Assembly: GCA_038840695.1 (NCBI GenBank)
Contig: JAWBVE010000003.1
Span: forward strand, 16,784 to 80,783
Reading direction: 5' to 3'
From: Candidatus Pacearchaeota archaeon
GTDB taxonomy: Archaea > Nanobdellota > Nanobdellia > Pacearchaeales > JAPDKA01
Length of the DNA: 64,000 bases
The notes under the pieces: generated by a model
Databases searched by the model: none
What the model saw: the letters and a program-made list of their open reading frames with translations, nothing else
What the model was told of the DNA's origin: nothing
Made by a program: the position numbers and the translations under genes
In this document: piece after piece, positions 1 through 9,960 of the stretch
Layout of the letters: each line of letters starts with the position of its first letter
Numbering within the stretch: position 1 is the stretch's first letter

Positions 1-220
1 TTATTATTTTTTCTGGCCCTTTGAGCTTAAAAAGGCGTTAAAGCAAGTTGGCTTTAAAATTCAAGCCTCTTTTTGGCTCAGCAAAAATCTTCGTTTTTTA
101 ATTAAAAAGCCTTAAATCCCTTAAATCCCCTTAAATTAAAATGTCACTCAAAATGCCAACCTCATTAGCTATCAACCTCAACACAAATCGACTAATCAAC
201 TCAATTAATAATCAACTCGA

Positions 221-856
221 TTAATCAACTTCAATTTCAATTATCTTTCCTTCTTTGCCAACATTTATCAACTTTGTCTTGCCAATTTTTTCTTCTAATC
301 CGCTCGCCTCATGAACATGACTAAAAAGTGCAATATCAGGTTTAAAATATTTTATAGCCTTCTCCACAGCCTGGCTTCCAGGAACAAATTTGCTAAATTT
401 TTCACTGAGTGTTCCAGAAGGATGCACATGTGTAATCATTATTTTTTTCTTTGCATCTTTTATCTTTTCAAATCCTTGCTTTAAAGAAGAAAAAAGTTGC
501 TCATCTGTTAATGTAAATTTTGGGCCAACAGCAACAGCCCCGCCAGCTCCAAAAATTCCGAGATTACCCATTTTTATTGAATAGCCATGAATATTTTTAA
601 CTTCAGGACCATAGAGATCGACGAGAAAATCGATTGTAGCTAAGCTCTCGTGATTTCCAGGAATCACTAATACTTTTCTACCTTTTTTCAAGAAAGGCCC
701 TATTAAATTTTCAGTCGTCAATTCTCCAAACGTAAGATCACCAGTCAAAATAACCAAATCTACATTATACTTATCAGCCTTCTTTGCTAGCTCTTTGACC
801 GCCCTCACATCACCGTGCAAATCGCCTGCAGCCAATATCCTAATTTTCTTTGTCAT
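221..856 (-). CDS. Calcineurin-like metallophosphoesterase
   Basis: GDLHG, GD, PGNHE, THVH and SHVHE metal-binding motifs in canonical order. Confidence 0.88.
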   Translation of the reverse strand: MTKKIRILAAGDLHGDVRAVKELAKKADKYNVDLVILTGDLTFGELTTENLIGPFLKKGRKVLVIPGNHESLATIDFLVDLYGPEVKNIHGYSIKMGNLGIFGAGGAVAVGPKFTLTDEQLFSSLKQGFEKIKDAKKKIMITHVHPSGTLSEKFSKFVPGSQAVEKAIKYFKPDIALFSHVHEASGLEEKIGKTKLINVGKEGKIIEIEVD

Positions 857-869
857 GCTTTGTATGTTT

Positions 870-2615
870 TTATTGTGTAACTTTTTTCTGCATTTTAAAC
901 ATTTCGATTATTTCTTTAACAGATGTTGCATCCTCAGGTTTTTTATCGCGTATCCAGCTCTCAATGCGAGGAAAGCGTAATGCAAAACCTGGCTCAGTCT
1001 TTGTTTTGCCAGCAGTATGAACAGGGCTTTTTGTTATTTCATCAGCTCTTACAGTAAATACATATTTTGGCTCGACCCATACATCAGCCTCAATTTCACT
1101 CTCAACTCTCGGATGTTTTTTGTTAAGTTTTATTTTATCAAGCAATTTTTTTATTTCTTGCCATTGTTCTTCGCTGAGCCCAGAGCCTATTTTTGCAATT
1201 GTTTTAAATGTATCAGTGCTACTATCATAAACACAGCCAAGCAATGCGCCTATGCCAAACTTTGCTCTTAAGCCTCGACCTTTAAAATATCCAACTATTA
1301 CAACATCGATTGTATCTTGAAGCTCGCCTTTGTAAGAGCGTTTTAACTTTATCCAATTAAAATTTCTTGCTCCAGCCTGATAGACTGCATCAAGTCGCTT
1401 AGCTATAATTCCTTCCGTGCCTCTTTCAATATTTTCTTCAAAAAAAGCCTCGAGCTCTTTTGGGCTAGAAGTTATTATTCTTTCAGTAGGCCTTATGGTA
1501 GAATCAGGCTTTATGATCTTTCTTAATATTTCAGTTCTTTTTAAATATGGTTCTTGAGTCATGTCTTTGCCATTCAAATAAAGCAAATCAAATGCAAAAA
1601 GTACAAGAGGAAATTCTTTTGCCATAGCTTCTATGCCATGCTTTCTTTTTCGTTGAATTGTAACTTGGAATGGAAAGAATTCACCAGTAGCCTCATTGAA
1701 GGCAAGAGCTTCTCCTTCGATAATAGCACTCTTTGCTTTTAATTGTTTTTTTATTCCTTCAACAATTTCTGGAAACATGTGAGTCATTCTTTCAAGATTT
1801 CGAGAAAATATTTCAACTTTTGAGCCATCATAGTGGCATTGTAACCTTAAGCCATCATACTTAGTTTCAACAGCACATTTACCAATCTTCTTTATAATAT
1901 CTTCTGCACTCGGCAATCTTTCAGCTAGAGCCATTCTTATTGGCAAGCCAACTTGAACCTTAAACTCTTTCAGCTTAGCTATGCCTTTTTCAAAAAGCAC
2001 CTTCGCCACGAAACCTAAATCTGAGCATAGATTATATGCTCTTTCAATATCAGGTCTTATTTTTGCTCTATCTCCTGTGATTGCTTTACTCAAGCTATCC
2101 ATGATTGTCGGATCACCGATGCCGAGCCTTAATCGCCCCAAAACAAATCTCGCTATATACTTGCCCTCAAGAGGAGTAGCACTGACTAACAAGCCGGCTA
2201 GCATATCAATTTTCTTTTCAACACTTCCCTCGCCTGTTGTTTGTGCGATTTTGTAAAGTTGATTATAAACATCACTAATGCTCAAAGCCTTTGTTGGGAA
2301 AAGTGTGGCAGGTTTTTTACTAAGCAAGTTGAAAGTGACTAAGCCAAGATCGCCTTGCTTTTTATATTCACTTTCTATCTTCTCAAGCTTTACTCCAGTA
2401 GCTTTTGCTATTGCCTTTTCAACCATTTTCTCTGCCATTCCTATTTCAAGGCCTTTAAAAGATGGCAAAAGTTGTTCCTGACAAAAGTAAACAACTTTGT
2501 CAATTTCCTCTTTGTCAACTTTTTTAAAGAACTCACTCAAAATTTCAAACATCTCAAGCCTTTTTGTTGTTGCTTCAAGCTTTTCAAAAACCTTTGCAAG
2601 CTCAATAAACTTCAT
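870..2615 (-). CDS. lig: ATP-dependent DNA ligase (archaeal type)
   Basis: Motif I ETKYDG, EGE, FDLLY, EGIIAK, WIKLK, ALRFPR; 581 aa. Confidence 0.97.
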   Translation of the reverse strand: MKFIELAKVFEKLEATTKRLEMFEILSEFFKKVDKEEIDKVVYFCQEQLLPSFKGLEIGMAEKMVEKAIAKATGVKLEKIESEYKKQGDLGLVTFNLLSKKPATLFPTKALSISDVYNQLYKIAQTTGEGSVEKKIDMLAGLLVSATPLEGKYIARFVLGRLRLGIGDPTIMDSLSKAITGDRAKIRPDIERAYNLCSDLGFVAKVLFEKGIAKLKEFKVQVGLPIRMALAERLPSAEDIIKKIGKCAVETKYDGLRLQCHYDGSKVEIFSRNLERMTHMFPEIVEGIKKQLKAKSAIIEGEALAFNEATGEFFPFQVTIQRKRKHGIEAMAKEFPLVLFAFDLLYLNGKDMTQEPYLKRTEILRKIIKPDSTIRPTERIITSSPKELEAFFEENIERGTEGIIAKRLDAVYQAGARNFNWIKLKRSYKGELQDTIDVVIVGYFKGRGLRAKFGIGALLGCVYDSSTDTFKTIAKIGSGLSEEQWQEIKKLLDKIKLNKKHPRVESEIEADVWVEPKYVFTVRADEITKSPVHTAGKTKTEPGFALRFPRIESWIRDKKPEDATSVKEIIEMFKMQKKVTQ

Positions 2616-2675
2616 TTTCTTTGTTTTTTAAGTCATTTTTAACCCCTTTTTAACCACTTCTTATTAAGAGGCAAG

Positions 2676-2747
2676 GGCGGTAGCCGAGAATCGAACTCGG
2701 TTCTCCAGGGCCACAGCCTGGCGTCTTACCAATAGACTACTACCGCC
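2676..2747 (-). tRNA. tRNA-His(GTG), genome-encoded G-1, C73, no CCA
   Basis: Cloverleaf: acceptor GCGGTAG/CTACCGC, anticodon arm CCAGG-CTGTGGC-CCTGG, T-arm CCGAG-TTCGATT-CTCGG. Confidence 0.95.
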
Positions 2748-2810
2748 ATAATTTAAAAAATAAAACAAGTTTTAAAATTTTTTCAATTTTTAAAATTTTT
2801 TCAATTTTTC

Positions 2811-3116
2811 ATCATTCCTCGCCTAACATTCCTCACCTAAAATACCTCACCTAACAATACCTAACAACTCAACTTCTCCTAACTTCACTCATAACTTCTA
2901 ATTCCAATAACTCAAAACTCCCACTTTAATAGCCTCAACTCAGCTCAATCCCCATTTTCGACTCAACCTTCTCATCTCAACCTCCAATCTCAGCCTTATA
3001 AGCCCTCATCTCATCATCTCACTCTCATCTCACCCTCATCTTACCCTCATCTCACGTCAGCCTCGCAAATCTCACAAACCCAAACTCTAAAACCATCATA
3101 GCTTCTTAAGCCTTCC
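2811..3116. repeat. Strand-asymmetric low-complexity tract (CTCATC / CCTCACCTAA-like units)
   Basis: About 300 nt with only roughly ten G on the + strand; no long ORF in the track. Confidence 0.7.
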
Positions 3117-3620
3117 CTAAGCCCTCAAACCTCTAGCTTTTTTTGCAGCACTTGTTAAGCCCCTAAAAGCTCTGCCTCGATTTTTTTTGTTGGTAATCCA
3201 TTTTAATTGCTCATCTGCCTTAATAGAAGGCTCGCTTGGATCAACAAGAATTACCTCATACCAATAATACTTTCCATCTTTAGCAAGCCAATAGCTATTT
3301 AGCACTTCCAAGCCTGTCTTCCTTGCTGCTCGTTGCTCTGCTATCCATCGATAATTCATACGCAAAGCCTTTCTAATTGTTTGCTTGCTTGTCTTTCTTC
3401 CGCTTCTAGGCCTAGGCCTTTTATGCCCCCCTCTCTTAAGCTTTACTCTTGCAACATAAATACCAGGCTTTGCCTTGTAACCTAGCCTTCTTGCTTTGTC
3501 AAGTCTAGTTGGCTTTTTTAGCATAACAAGGCTTGGCTCTTGTCGTAGCTTGATTAAATCAAGCTCAAACTTGCCCTGCCTCCATGCATCACTCAAATAT
3601 CCATAAAGTCCCTTCACCAT
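3117..3620 (-). CDS. rpl15e: 50S ribosomal protein L15e (short C-terminus)
   Basis: PTRLDKARRLGYKAK, EVLNSYW, GRAFRGLTSA motifs. Confidence 0.96.
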   Translation of the reverse strand: MVKGLYGYLSDAWRQGKFELDLIKLRQEPSLVMLKKPTRLDKARRLGYKAKPGIYVARVKLKRGGHKRPRPRSGRKTSKQTIRKALRMNYRWIAEQRAARKTGLEVLNSYWLAKDGKYYWYEVILVDPSEPSIKADEQLKWITNKKNRGRAFRGLTSAAKKARGLRA

Positions 3621-3731
3621 CCTTTAGTTTGATTTTTTTATTTTTAAACTTTTTTTATCTTTTTTATTCCTTAGCTTTTATCCTTCTTTTAAAATTTTAA
3701 AAACTTTTTAAACATAAAATCATCTTTTTTC

Positions 3732-4394
3732 ATGCCATTCATCGTAGCACATCGAGGGGCAAGTGCATATGAACTAGAAAATACAATTGCAGCATTTGAG
3801 AAAGCAATTAGGCTAGGAGCAAAATTTTTAGAATGTGATATAAGGCTTAGCAAAGATGATGAGCTTGTTGTATTTCATGATGCAAGTCTTCAGCGATTGT
3901 GGCGAGTTAGTGCCAATGTTAATGATTTGACTGTAGAGGAACTTAGAAAGTATAGGGTGCCAACACTTTCTGAGCTTCTCGATTTAATAAAAAGTTACAA
4001 ACGAAAAGGAAAAAAACTTACTCTTTTGATTGAAATAAAAGAGCCTGGAATAGAGGAAAAATTGGCAAGGTTATTAAAACAAAAGCATATCCTAAGGAAT
4101 GTTATCGTTGTTTCTTTCTTCGAAAAAAGCTTAGAAAAGATGCGAGCACTTTTACCTGTGAAGATTGGATTTATTTTTTCTATACGCTTAGATGGAATTG
4201 AAACTGCATTAAAGCTCAAGCCAAATTTTATTATTCCTAGATATGATGTCATAACAAAAGACCTAGTCAAAATTGCGCATAAAAATAAAATGAAAGTGAT
4301 TGCTTGGACTGTCGATGACAAAAACCTTGCATTAAAACTTGCTAAGTTAAAAGTTGATGGAATAGCCAGCAACAAACCAGATTTACTGCAATAA
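3732..4394 (+). CDS. Glycerophosphodiester phosphodiesterase
   Basis: AHRGAS..ENT, ECDIRLSKD, VVFHD, IEIK, AWTVD, GIASNKPD. Confidence 0.93.
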   Translation: MPFIVAHRGASAYELENTIAAFEKAIRLGAKFLECDIRLSKDDELVVFHDASLQRLWRVSANVNDLTVEELRKYRVPTLSELLDLIKSYKRKGKKLTLLIEIKEPGIEEKLARLLKQKHILRNVIVVSFFEKSLEKMRALLPVKIGFIFSIRLDGIETALKLKPNFIIPRYDVITKDLVKIAHKNKMKVIAWTVDDKNLALKLAKLKVDGIASNKPDLLQ

Positions 4395-4436
4395 AAAACA
4401 ATAAAATTTTAAACCATAAAGGTTTTAATAACCAAA

Positions 4437-5012
4437 ATGGAACTAGATACAGCAATAAAAACAAGAAGAAGCATTAGAAAATATGCACTTGATGCTAAAG
4501 GAAATCCTGAAAAAGTGGATATAGAAAAAGTTATTGATGCTATCGATGCTGCGAGATATGCGCCGATGGCAGGCGGACTCTATAGCTTGCGTTTTATTCT
4601 TGTCTCAGAGAGAGAAAAAATACAAAAGATTGCCGACGCTGCACAGCAAAACTTTATTGCAAATGCTGCTTTTGTGATTGTTGTTTGTACAGACCCGAAA
4701 CAAACACAGCGTTTTTATCCAGAGCGGGCAGAACGTTATTTAAGGCAACAAGCAGGAGCAGCCATTCAAAACATACTTTTAAAACTCACAGAGGCAGGTC
4801 TTGGTAGTGTTTTTATTGGCCATTTTTATGATCAAGGCATAAGAGATATTCTCGAAATTCCAGAGGATATTTTTGTTGAAGCCTTAATTCCCGTTGCTAA
4901 ACCAATCCCTAACTTAAAGCTTCCATCAAAAAGTTTGATGGACATGCGAGACATTTTGTTTTTAGAGAAGTGGAAAGGCAAAACTTATAAGAAGAAAATA
5001 GTGAGAGTGTAG
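4437..5012 (+). CDS. Nitroreductase family protein
   Basis: IKTRRSIRKY, APMAG, AAIQNILL...GLGSVFIG. Confidence 0.9.
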   Translation: MELDTAIKTRRSIRKYALDAKGNPEKVDIEKVIDAIDAARYAPMAGGLYSLRFILVSEREKIQKIADAAQQNFIANAAFVIVVCTDPKQTQRFYPERAERYLRQQAGAAIQNILLKLTEAGLGSVFIGHFYDQGIRDILEIPEDIFVEALIPVAKPIPNLKLPSKSLMDMRDILFLEKWKGKTYKKKIVRV

Positions 5013-5118
5013 AAAGGTGAAAGTGTAGAGTGAGAGTGTAGAAAGATTAGCGGCAACATAACAACACAAACATGCCCTTTCTCCTTCGCTTCGCGCTCAA
5101 TTTCCTATTCTAACTTTT

Positions 5119-6906
5119 CTAACTTTGCTGTATGGCACTTTTTATTTTTTCTATTACGCCTGGATTTGAAAGTGTTGAGATATCGCCGAGAGGTTGATTT
5201 AAGAGAATAGCTTTACATACTCTCCTCATGATTTTTCCACTTCTGGTTTTTGGTAGCTCATCAACAAAATAAATCTCTCGTGGATAGGCATGACCAGCAA
5301 GTTGCTTTTTCATAAAAGCCTTTATGTTTTCTTTTAATTCATCACTCCGCATTATATTTTTCTTTAATACAATAAAAGCCACCACAATTTCACCCCTAAT
5401 AGGATCTGGCTTGCCAACTATTGCACATTCTGCAACTGCCTCATGCTTAAGCAAGTGTGCCTCTATTTCTAGCACACTAACGCGCTCGCCAGCAGTTTTT
5501 ATCATATCTTCACGTCTGCCTACAAAATAAAAATAGCCATCCTTATCGTAATAACCTCTATCTCCACTCAAGTAAAAACTATCCTTGAAGTAACTTGCCT
5601 GCATTTCTTTATGCTTATAAATACTATGCATCAATCCCGGGAAATCTTTTTTGAATGCAAGAAATCCTTCCTGATTTGCTTTTAATTTTTTTCCTTTTTC
5701 ATCTAAAATAAAAGCCTTCACTCCTGGCACAGGTTTGCCCATGCTTCCAGGCTTAATTTTTATGCAAGGAAAGTTAGCTATTACAATAGCTCCAAGTTCT
5801 GTCTGCCAATAAGTGTCGTGAACTTCTAAGCCAATAGCTTTTTTGACACGCTTGAATGTTTCTGGATCAAGCCACTCGCCGACACTGCAAATGTGCCTTA
5901 AGCTTTTTAGGCTATATTTTTTGTAGGTCTCGTCTTGGAAAAGCATGCGTAATGCTGTAGGGGCAGTGTAAATAACATTTACTTTATATTTGTCAATTAA
6001 ACCAAACCACTTATCAGAATTAAATCTCCCTTCGAATGAAACAAATTTTATGCCTAAGCAAAGAGGAGCGATTATACCATAAACAACTCCAGTTACCCAT
6101 CCTGGATCAGCTGTGCACCAATAAATATCAGATGCCTTTAAATCTAAAACCCATTCAGCTGTTTTTAATTGATGAAGCAAGGCATAGTGCTTAATTAATA
6201 TTCCTGCCACAGGAGTTCCGGCTGTAGCAGAAGTAAAAACCATAATTGCAGGATCATCAGCTTTTGTTTTAACAATTTTAAAATTTTTACTTTCGTGTTC
6301 AATTTTATTAAAACTAATTTCTTCCCAATATTTGGTTTTTTTGTTTTCTTTAGCATCGACAACAATCACATATTTCAATTTTAGCTTCTTCTTTTCATTT
6401 TCATCAATGTTATAAAGTCTCTCAAGAAGTTCTTTGTTTGTTATTAATAACTTTATGTCTCCTTTAAGCAATCTTTCTTTTAAGCCATCACTTCCAAAAG
6501 CGGGGAATAGAATACTGGCTATTGCTCCTAATTTCAAAATGGCGAGAAAAGAAATAAAAAGCTCAGGAGTTCTTGGCAAAAAAATTGTACATTTATAACC
6601 TTTTTTTATGCCAAGCCTCTTCAAGAGCCAGGCCAACTGGCTTGATCGTGAAAAAAGCTCATTATAACTTATCTCTTCCGCAGCACTCTCGCCTTCCCAA
6701 AAAATTGCTGTTCCTTGCTTTCTTTCCTTAAAAAGATTTTCTATATTATAAGCTATGTTCAAATATTTTCTTTTGCGGTCGAAAAATAAAACTTCTTTTT
6801 CAGCACTTTTCCACTTAAAATTTTTATAAACTTGATCATAGTTTTTTAAATTTGGTTGGGTTTTTAATCTTTTTTTCAATTGCTTTTTTTGTTTAGTTGC
6901 AACCAT
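5119..6906 (-). CDS. acs: Acetyl-CoA synthetase-like AMP-forming acyl-CoA ligase
   Basis: TADPGWVTG, SVGE, DTYWQTE, SGD, LPKTRSGKIMRR; P-loop is atypical. Confidence 0.85.
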   Translation of the reverse strand: MVATKQKKQLKKRLKTQPNLKNYDQVYKNFKWKSAEKEVLFFDRKRKYLNIAYNIENLFKERKQGTAIFWEGESAAEEISYNELFSRSSQLAWLLKRLGIKKGYKCTIFLPRTPELFISFLAILKLGAIASILFPAFGSDGLKERLLKGDIKLLITNKELLERLYNIDENEKKKLKLKYVIVVDAKENKKTKYWEEISFNKIEHESKNFKIVKTKADDPAIMVFTSATAGTPVAGILIKHYALLHQLKTAEWVLDLKASDIYWCTADPGWVTGVVYGIIAPLCLGIKFVSFEGRFNSDKWFGLIDKYKVNVIYTAPTALRMLFQDETYKKYSLKSLRHICSVGEWLDPETFKRVKKAIGLEVHDTYWQTELGAIVIANFPCIKIKPGSMGKPVPGVKAFILDEKGKKLKANQEGFLAFKKDFPGLMHSIYKHKEMQASYFKDSFYLSGDRGYYDKDGYFYFVGRREDMIKTAGERVSVLEIEAHLLKHEAVAECAIVGKPDPIRGEIVVAFIVLKKNIMRSDELKENIKAFMKKQLAGHAYPREIYFVDELPKTRSGKIMRRVCKAILLNQPLGDISTLSNPGVIEKIKSAIQQS

Positions 6907-7156
6907 TTTTATTTTCTCAACTCTTTTCTCAGCTTTTCAATTGCAATAATAGTAATGATAAAATTAGAATGAACTATTATTTAAACTTTTACGATCTTGA
7001 AAATAAAATTAAAAAAGCAAAGCAAGCAAACAGAAAAAACAAAAAGCAAAATCTAAAAAATAAACTTCCAAATAAAAAAATTAAAATTTTCAGTTAGGCG
7101 CTAGTGCTTAGCTTGTTTGGCGTGGCTGCTGGGCTCTGCTGAGCTTGTTGTAGTTT

Positions 7157-8440
7157 TTAGTAGTAAATTTCTTCCACTTTCTCTACCTGTTTTGGTTGCC
7201 TTACTAGTAAAACAATCAATGTTATAAACATAGCTAATGCGATTGCTGCGAGGATTGCTATGGCTATCCAAAGTCCGATGTTTCCTGCTCCACCAGCTTT
7301 AAGCTCTTTACCTTTAACTTCAGCAACTAGATTTTTGCTTGCAATTAGTTTTCCAGCGGATGTAGCTTGTAAGCTAAAAATATGAGCTCCACTAAGTGCA
7401 CTTTCATCAGCAGTTAGCTCTATTGTTACAGTATCACTTGATCTTGGAGGCAACACAAGAGCTGTCTTTGATAGGCTCCCTCTTGCCCATCCTTCTAAGC
7501 CACTTAAGCTTAACTCAATTGTTAGTGGTGAAAGGCCCATGTTTATCAACACAACTTCATATCTCGCTTTCTCGCCTGCATTTACTTCTGCTCTCTCACT
7601 TGGTGTTGTTATGGTTAGAGTTTCTGTAACTTTAGTCTCTCCTTCTATTACCTTGCCTTTAACTTCAAAGTTTGCGCTCTTTTCTGCACTTGCATCTGGA
7701 TTAGATGCAATCACATGCAATGTATAAGTCTTTGATTCAGCATTGCTTGGAATGCTAAAGCTAAATGCAACTACCTTTGTATCTCTTTCTGTATCATCTG
7801 CATAGTCCCTAGCATAAAGATCACCGATATAAACTGTTTTCTCGATTCCAAGTTCACTGATTATTGCCTTAACATAAATATCTTCAAGCTTGTGTGAGCC
7901 TCTATTTTTGATAACTGCAGTAGCTGTTAAGGTTTTACCTGCCTCAATCACAGCTGGTAAATCCAAGTTAACACTTAGCACTTCAGCTAAGTAATTTGAT
8001 CTTTGAACGGCAAGAGCTATCTCTCTACTTGTATCACCAAGCAATGCCTGCTTTCCTGTTATCAAAACATGTAATGTATAGAGCCCGTCTTCCATGTCAT
8101 CCGGAAGTCTTAGATTGAGAGTTTTTGAATAAAGCCTGCCAGCAAAAATATCAAAGCGCTCTGTCTCTGCTTTGATCTCATTTCTATAGCCATCGATCCA
8201 TGCTTTAACTCTTACTTCACCACTCTCGCTTATATCAGAAGTTAAAAACAAAACCTTAACACTTAAAGTACTCCCTCTCTCTATGCTGAAAGTTTCTGAG
8301 CTTACGTAATGACTGTTCAAGTAAACATCCATCACTGCTATCTCAGGCTGTGCAGCAGCAAAAGCACTGATTGCGACACTGAATGCAAAAATGCCAGTTA
8401 GCACTAACATCAAAAGCCCAATCAACTTTAAGCTTTTCAT
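7157..8440 (-). CDS. Membrane-anchored surface protein with Ig-like/CARDB-like domains (S-layer candidate)
   Basis: Signal peptide, beta-rich repeats (VIKNRG..KLEDIYV, VLINMG), C-terminal TM helix with short tail. Confidence 0.65.
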   Translation of the reverse strand: MKSLKLIGLLMLVLTGIFAFSVAISAFAAAQPEIAVMDVYLNSHYVSSETFSIERGSTLSVKVLFLTSDISESGEVRVKAWIDGYRNEIKAETERFDIFAGRLYSKTLNLRLPDDMEDGLYTLHVLITGKQALLGDTSREIALAVQRSNYLAEVLSVNLDLPAVIEAGKTLTATAVIKNRGSHKLEDIYVKAIISELGIEKTVYIGDLYARDYADDTERDTKVVAFSFSIPSNAESKTYTLHVIASNPDASAEKSANFEVKGKVIEGETKVTETLTITTPSERAEVNAGEKARYEVVLINMGLSPLTIELSLSGLEGWARGSLSKTALVLPPRSSDTVTIELTADESALSGAHIFSLQATSAGKLIASKNLVAEVKGKELKAGGAGNIGLWIAIAILAAIALAMFITLIVLLVRQPKQVEKVEEIYY

Positions 8441-8666
8441 TTTATCTTTGAATTTAATTTTTTGTTTACTATTTTATAGTTATACCCTTTTTAAATCTTT
8501 CGTTTGTTATTTCTCTGCAGTTACTATGCTTTTTAGTTATAGCTATTTTTCTATAAAGAAAGACGTGCTTTATAAAAATATGTTATCCTAAGTTAGGCGT
8601 GAAAATTGAAAAGAAAAAAATTTTCGTCCTGGCTATGATGGCCATGATGGCAGGATGTGGGGGCTA

Positions 8667-8740
8667 TGGGCCCATTGGGACTCGAACCCAAGACCTCTAC
8701 GTTATCAGCGTAGCGCTCTAACCTGCTGAGCTATGGGCCC
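8667..8740 (-). tRNA. tRNA-Ile(GAT)
   Basis: GGGCCCA/TGGGCCC acceptor, CTACG-CTGATAA-CGTAG anticodon arm, TTCGAGT T-loop. Confidence 0.96.
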
Positions 8741-8885
8741 TTTAACTTTTATTTTTGCTTTTTTTATTTTTTATTATCAACTTTGTTTTTAAATATTTTA
8801 ACTTTTTTTCATAAACTAAAAAATTTTTAAATAGCCTTCATTAATTAATAAATTAAAAAGCAAAAATGAGGAAAAAAATGAAAAA

Positions 8886-9746
8886 ATGAGTGGACGTGTG
8901 ATGGGTGGGCGAGTAGGTGAAAAAATAAAAAACAATGCAAAAGATCAAAGCACAAAGAAAGTTGAGATAGCGTTTATTATTTTGATTGTATGCATATTTA
9001 TTTTAGCCGGCTTGTTGATCTATGCTTTCTATTTTTATGCTAGGCCAGAAAAGCCAGAAACAAATGAAAGCACTGAAGTTGTTGTTCATCCTTCTAGCAA
9101 ATCTTATAGCCAAGCTTGTGGTCCGATTGCTTATGAAAATGCTACAATAAAATCGATGAAAGTGCCAGCTGTTGATAGAGATGGCAAAGGAGCAATGACT
9201 GAAATCACTGTTGAAGTATTTCCTGGTCATGGCAGAGTTCTTGTCGATATAAATAATTTGCTATTTTGGGAAGATACGCAAGAAAGCATAAGAAAGGCAA
9301 GAGAAGTTGCACAAGATTTTACAGGACTAAATTTAAGTAATTATGATTTAATTTATCATATAAGTGCTAATGCAAATGTGGTTGGTGGTCCAAGCGCAGG
9401 AGCAGCACTTACGGTTTTGACAATAGCAGCTTTACAAAATAAGAGCATAAGGAACGATACTACTATAACAGGTGTTATAAATTATGATGGCACGATTGGG
9501 CCTGTAAGTGAAGTTATGCAAAAAGCAAAAATATTAGGAAAATATAACATAACAAACTTTCTTGTTCCTTTAGGCCAGAGCAAAGAGATTGATTATGATG
9601 AGCGAAAAGTTTGCAAGACTTATGGCTATTTGGAATATTGCACGATTGAAAGGATACCAAAATTAATTAATCTAAGTGAGATGCTCGGAATAAATGTGAT
9701 AGAAGTTTTGAACATAAACCAAACAATCAATTATATGCTGGTATAA
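8886..9746 (+). CDS. Membrane-anchored Lon-like (S16) protease domain, no ATPase
   Basis: N-terminal TM; GPSAG Ser motif, ITGVINYDGTIGPV, downstream Lys (QKAK). Confidence 0.85.
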   Translation: MSGRVMGGRVGEKIKNNAKDQSTKKVEIAFIILIVCIFILAGLLIYAFYFYARPEKPETNESTEVVVHPSSKSYSQACGPIAYENATIKSMKVPAVDRDGKGAMTEITVEVFPGHGRVLVDINNLLFWEDTQESIRKAREVAQDFTGLNLSNYDLIYHISANANVVGGPSAGAALTVLTIAALQNKSIRNDTTITGVINYDGTIGPVSEVMQKAKILGKYNITNFLVPLGQSKEIDYDERKVCKTYGYLEYCTIERIPKLINLSEMLGINVIEVLNINQTINYMLV

Positions 9747-9827
9747 AATAAATAAACAGCAAAGCTAATGTTCTTTCTAGGCATTTAAAAACAAAACATT
9801 TTTAACTAACAGAAATATGATAAAATA

Positions 9828-9867
9828 AATGCATAAAGTAAAAGCATAATGCATAAAGTAAAAGCAT
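9828..9867. repeat. Perfect 20-bp tandem duplication followed by A-rich degenerate repeats
   Basis: AATGCATAAAGTAAAAGCAT at 9828-9847 and 9848-9867. Confidence 0.9.
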
Positions 9868-9960
9868 AAGTTAAAGCAAAGTGAAAAACAACAAATAAAA
9901 CAAAAACAATAAGTAAACAAAAATAAAAATAAGTAAACAAAAACAACAAAAAAGTTTAAA

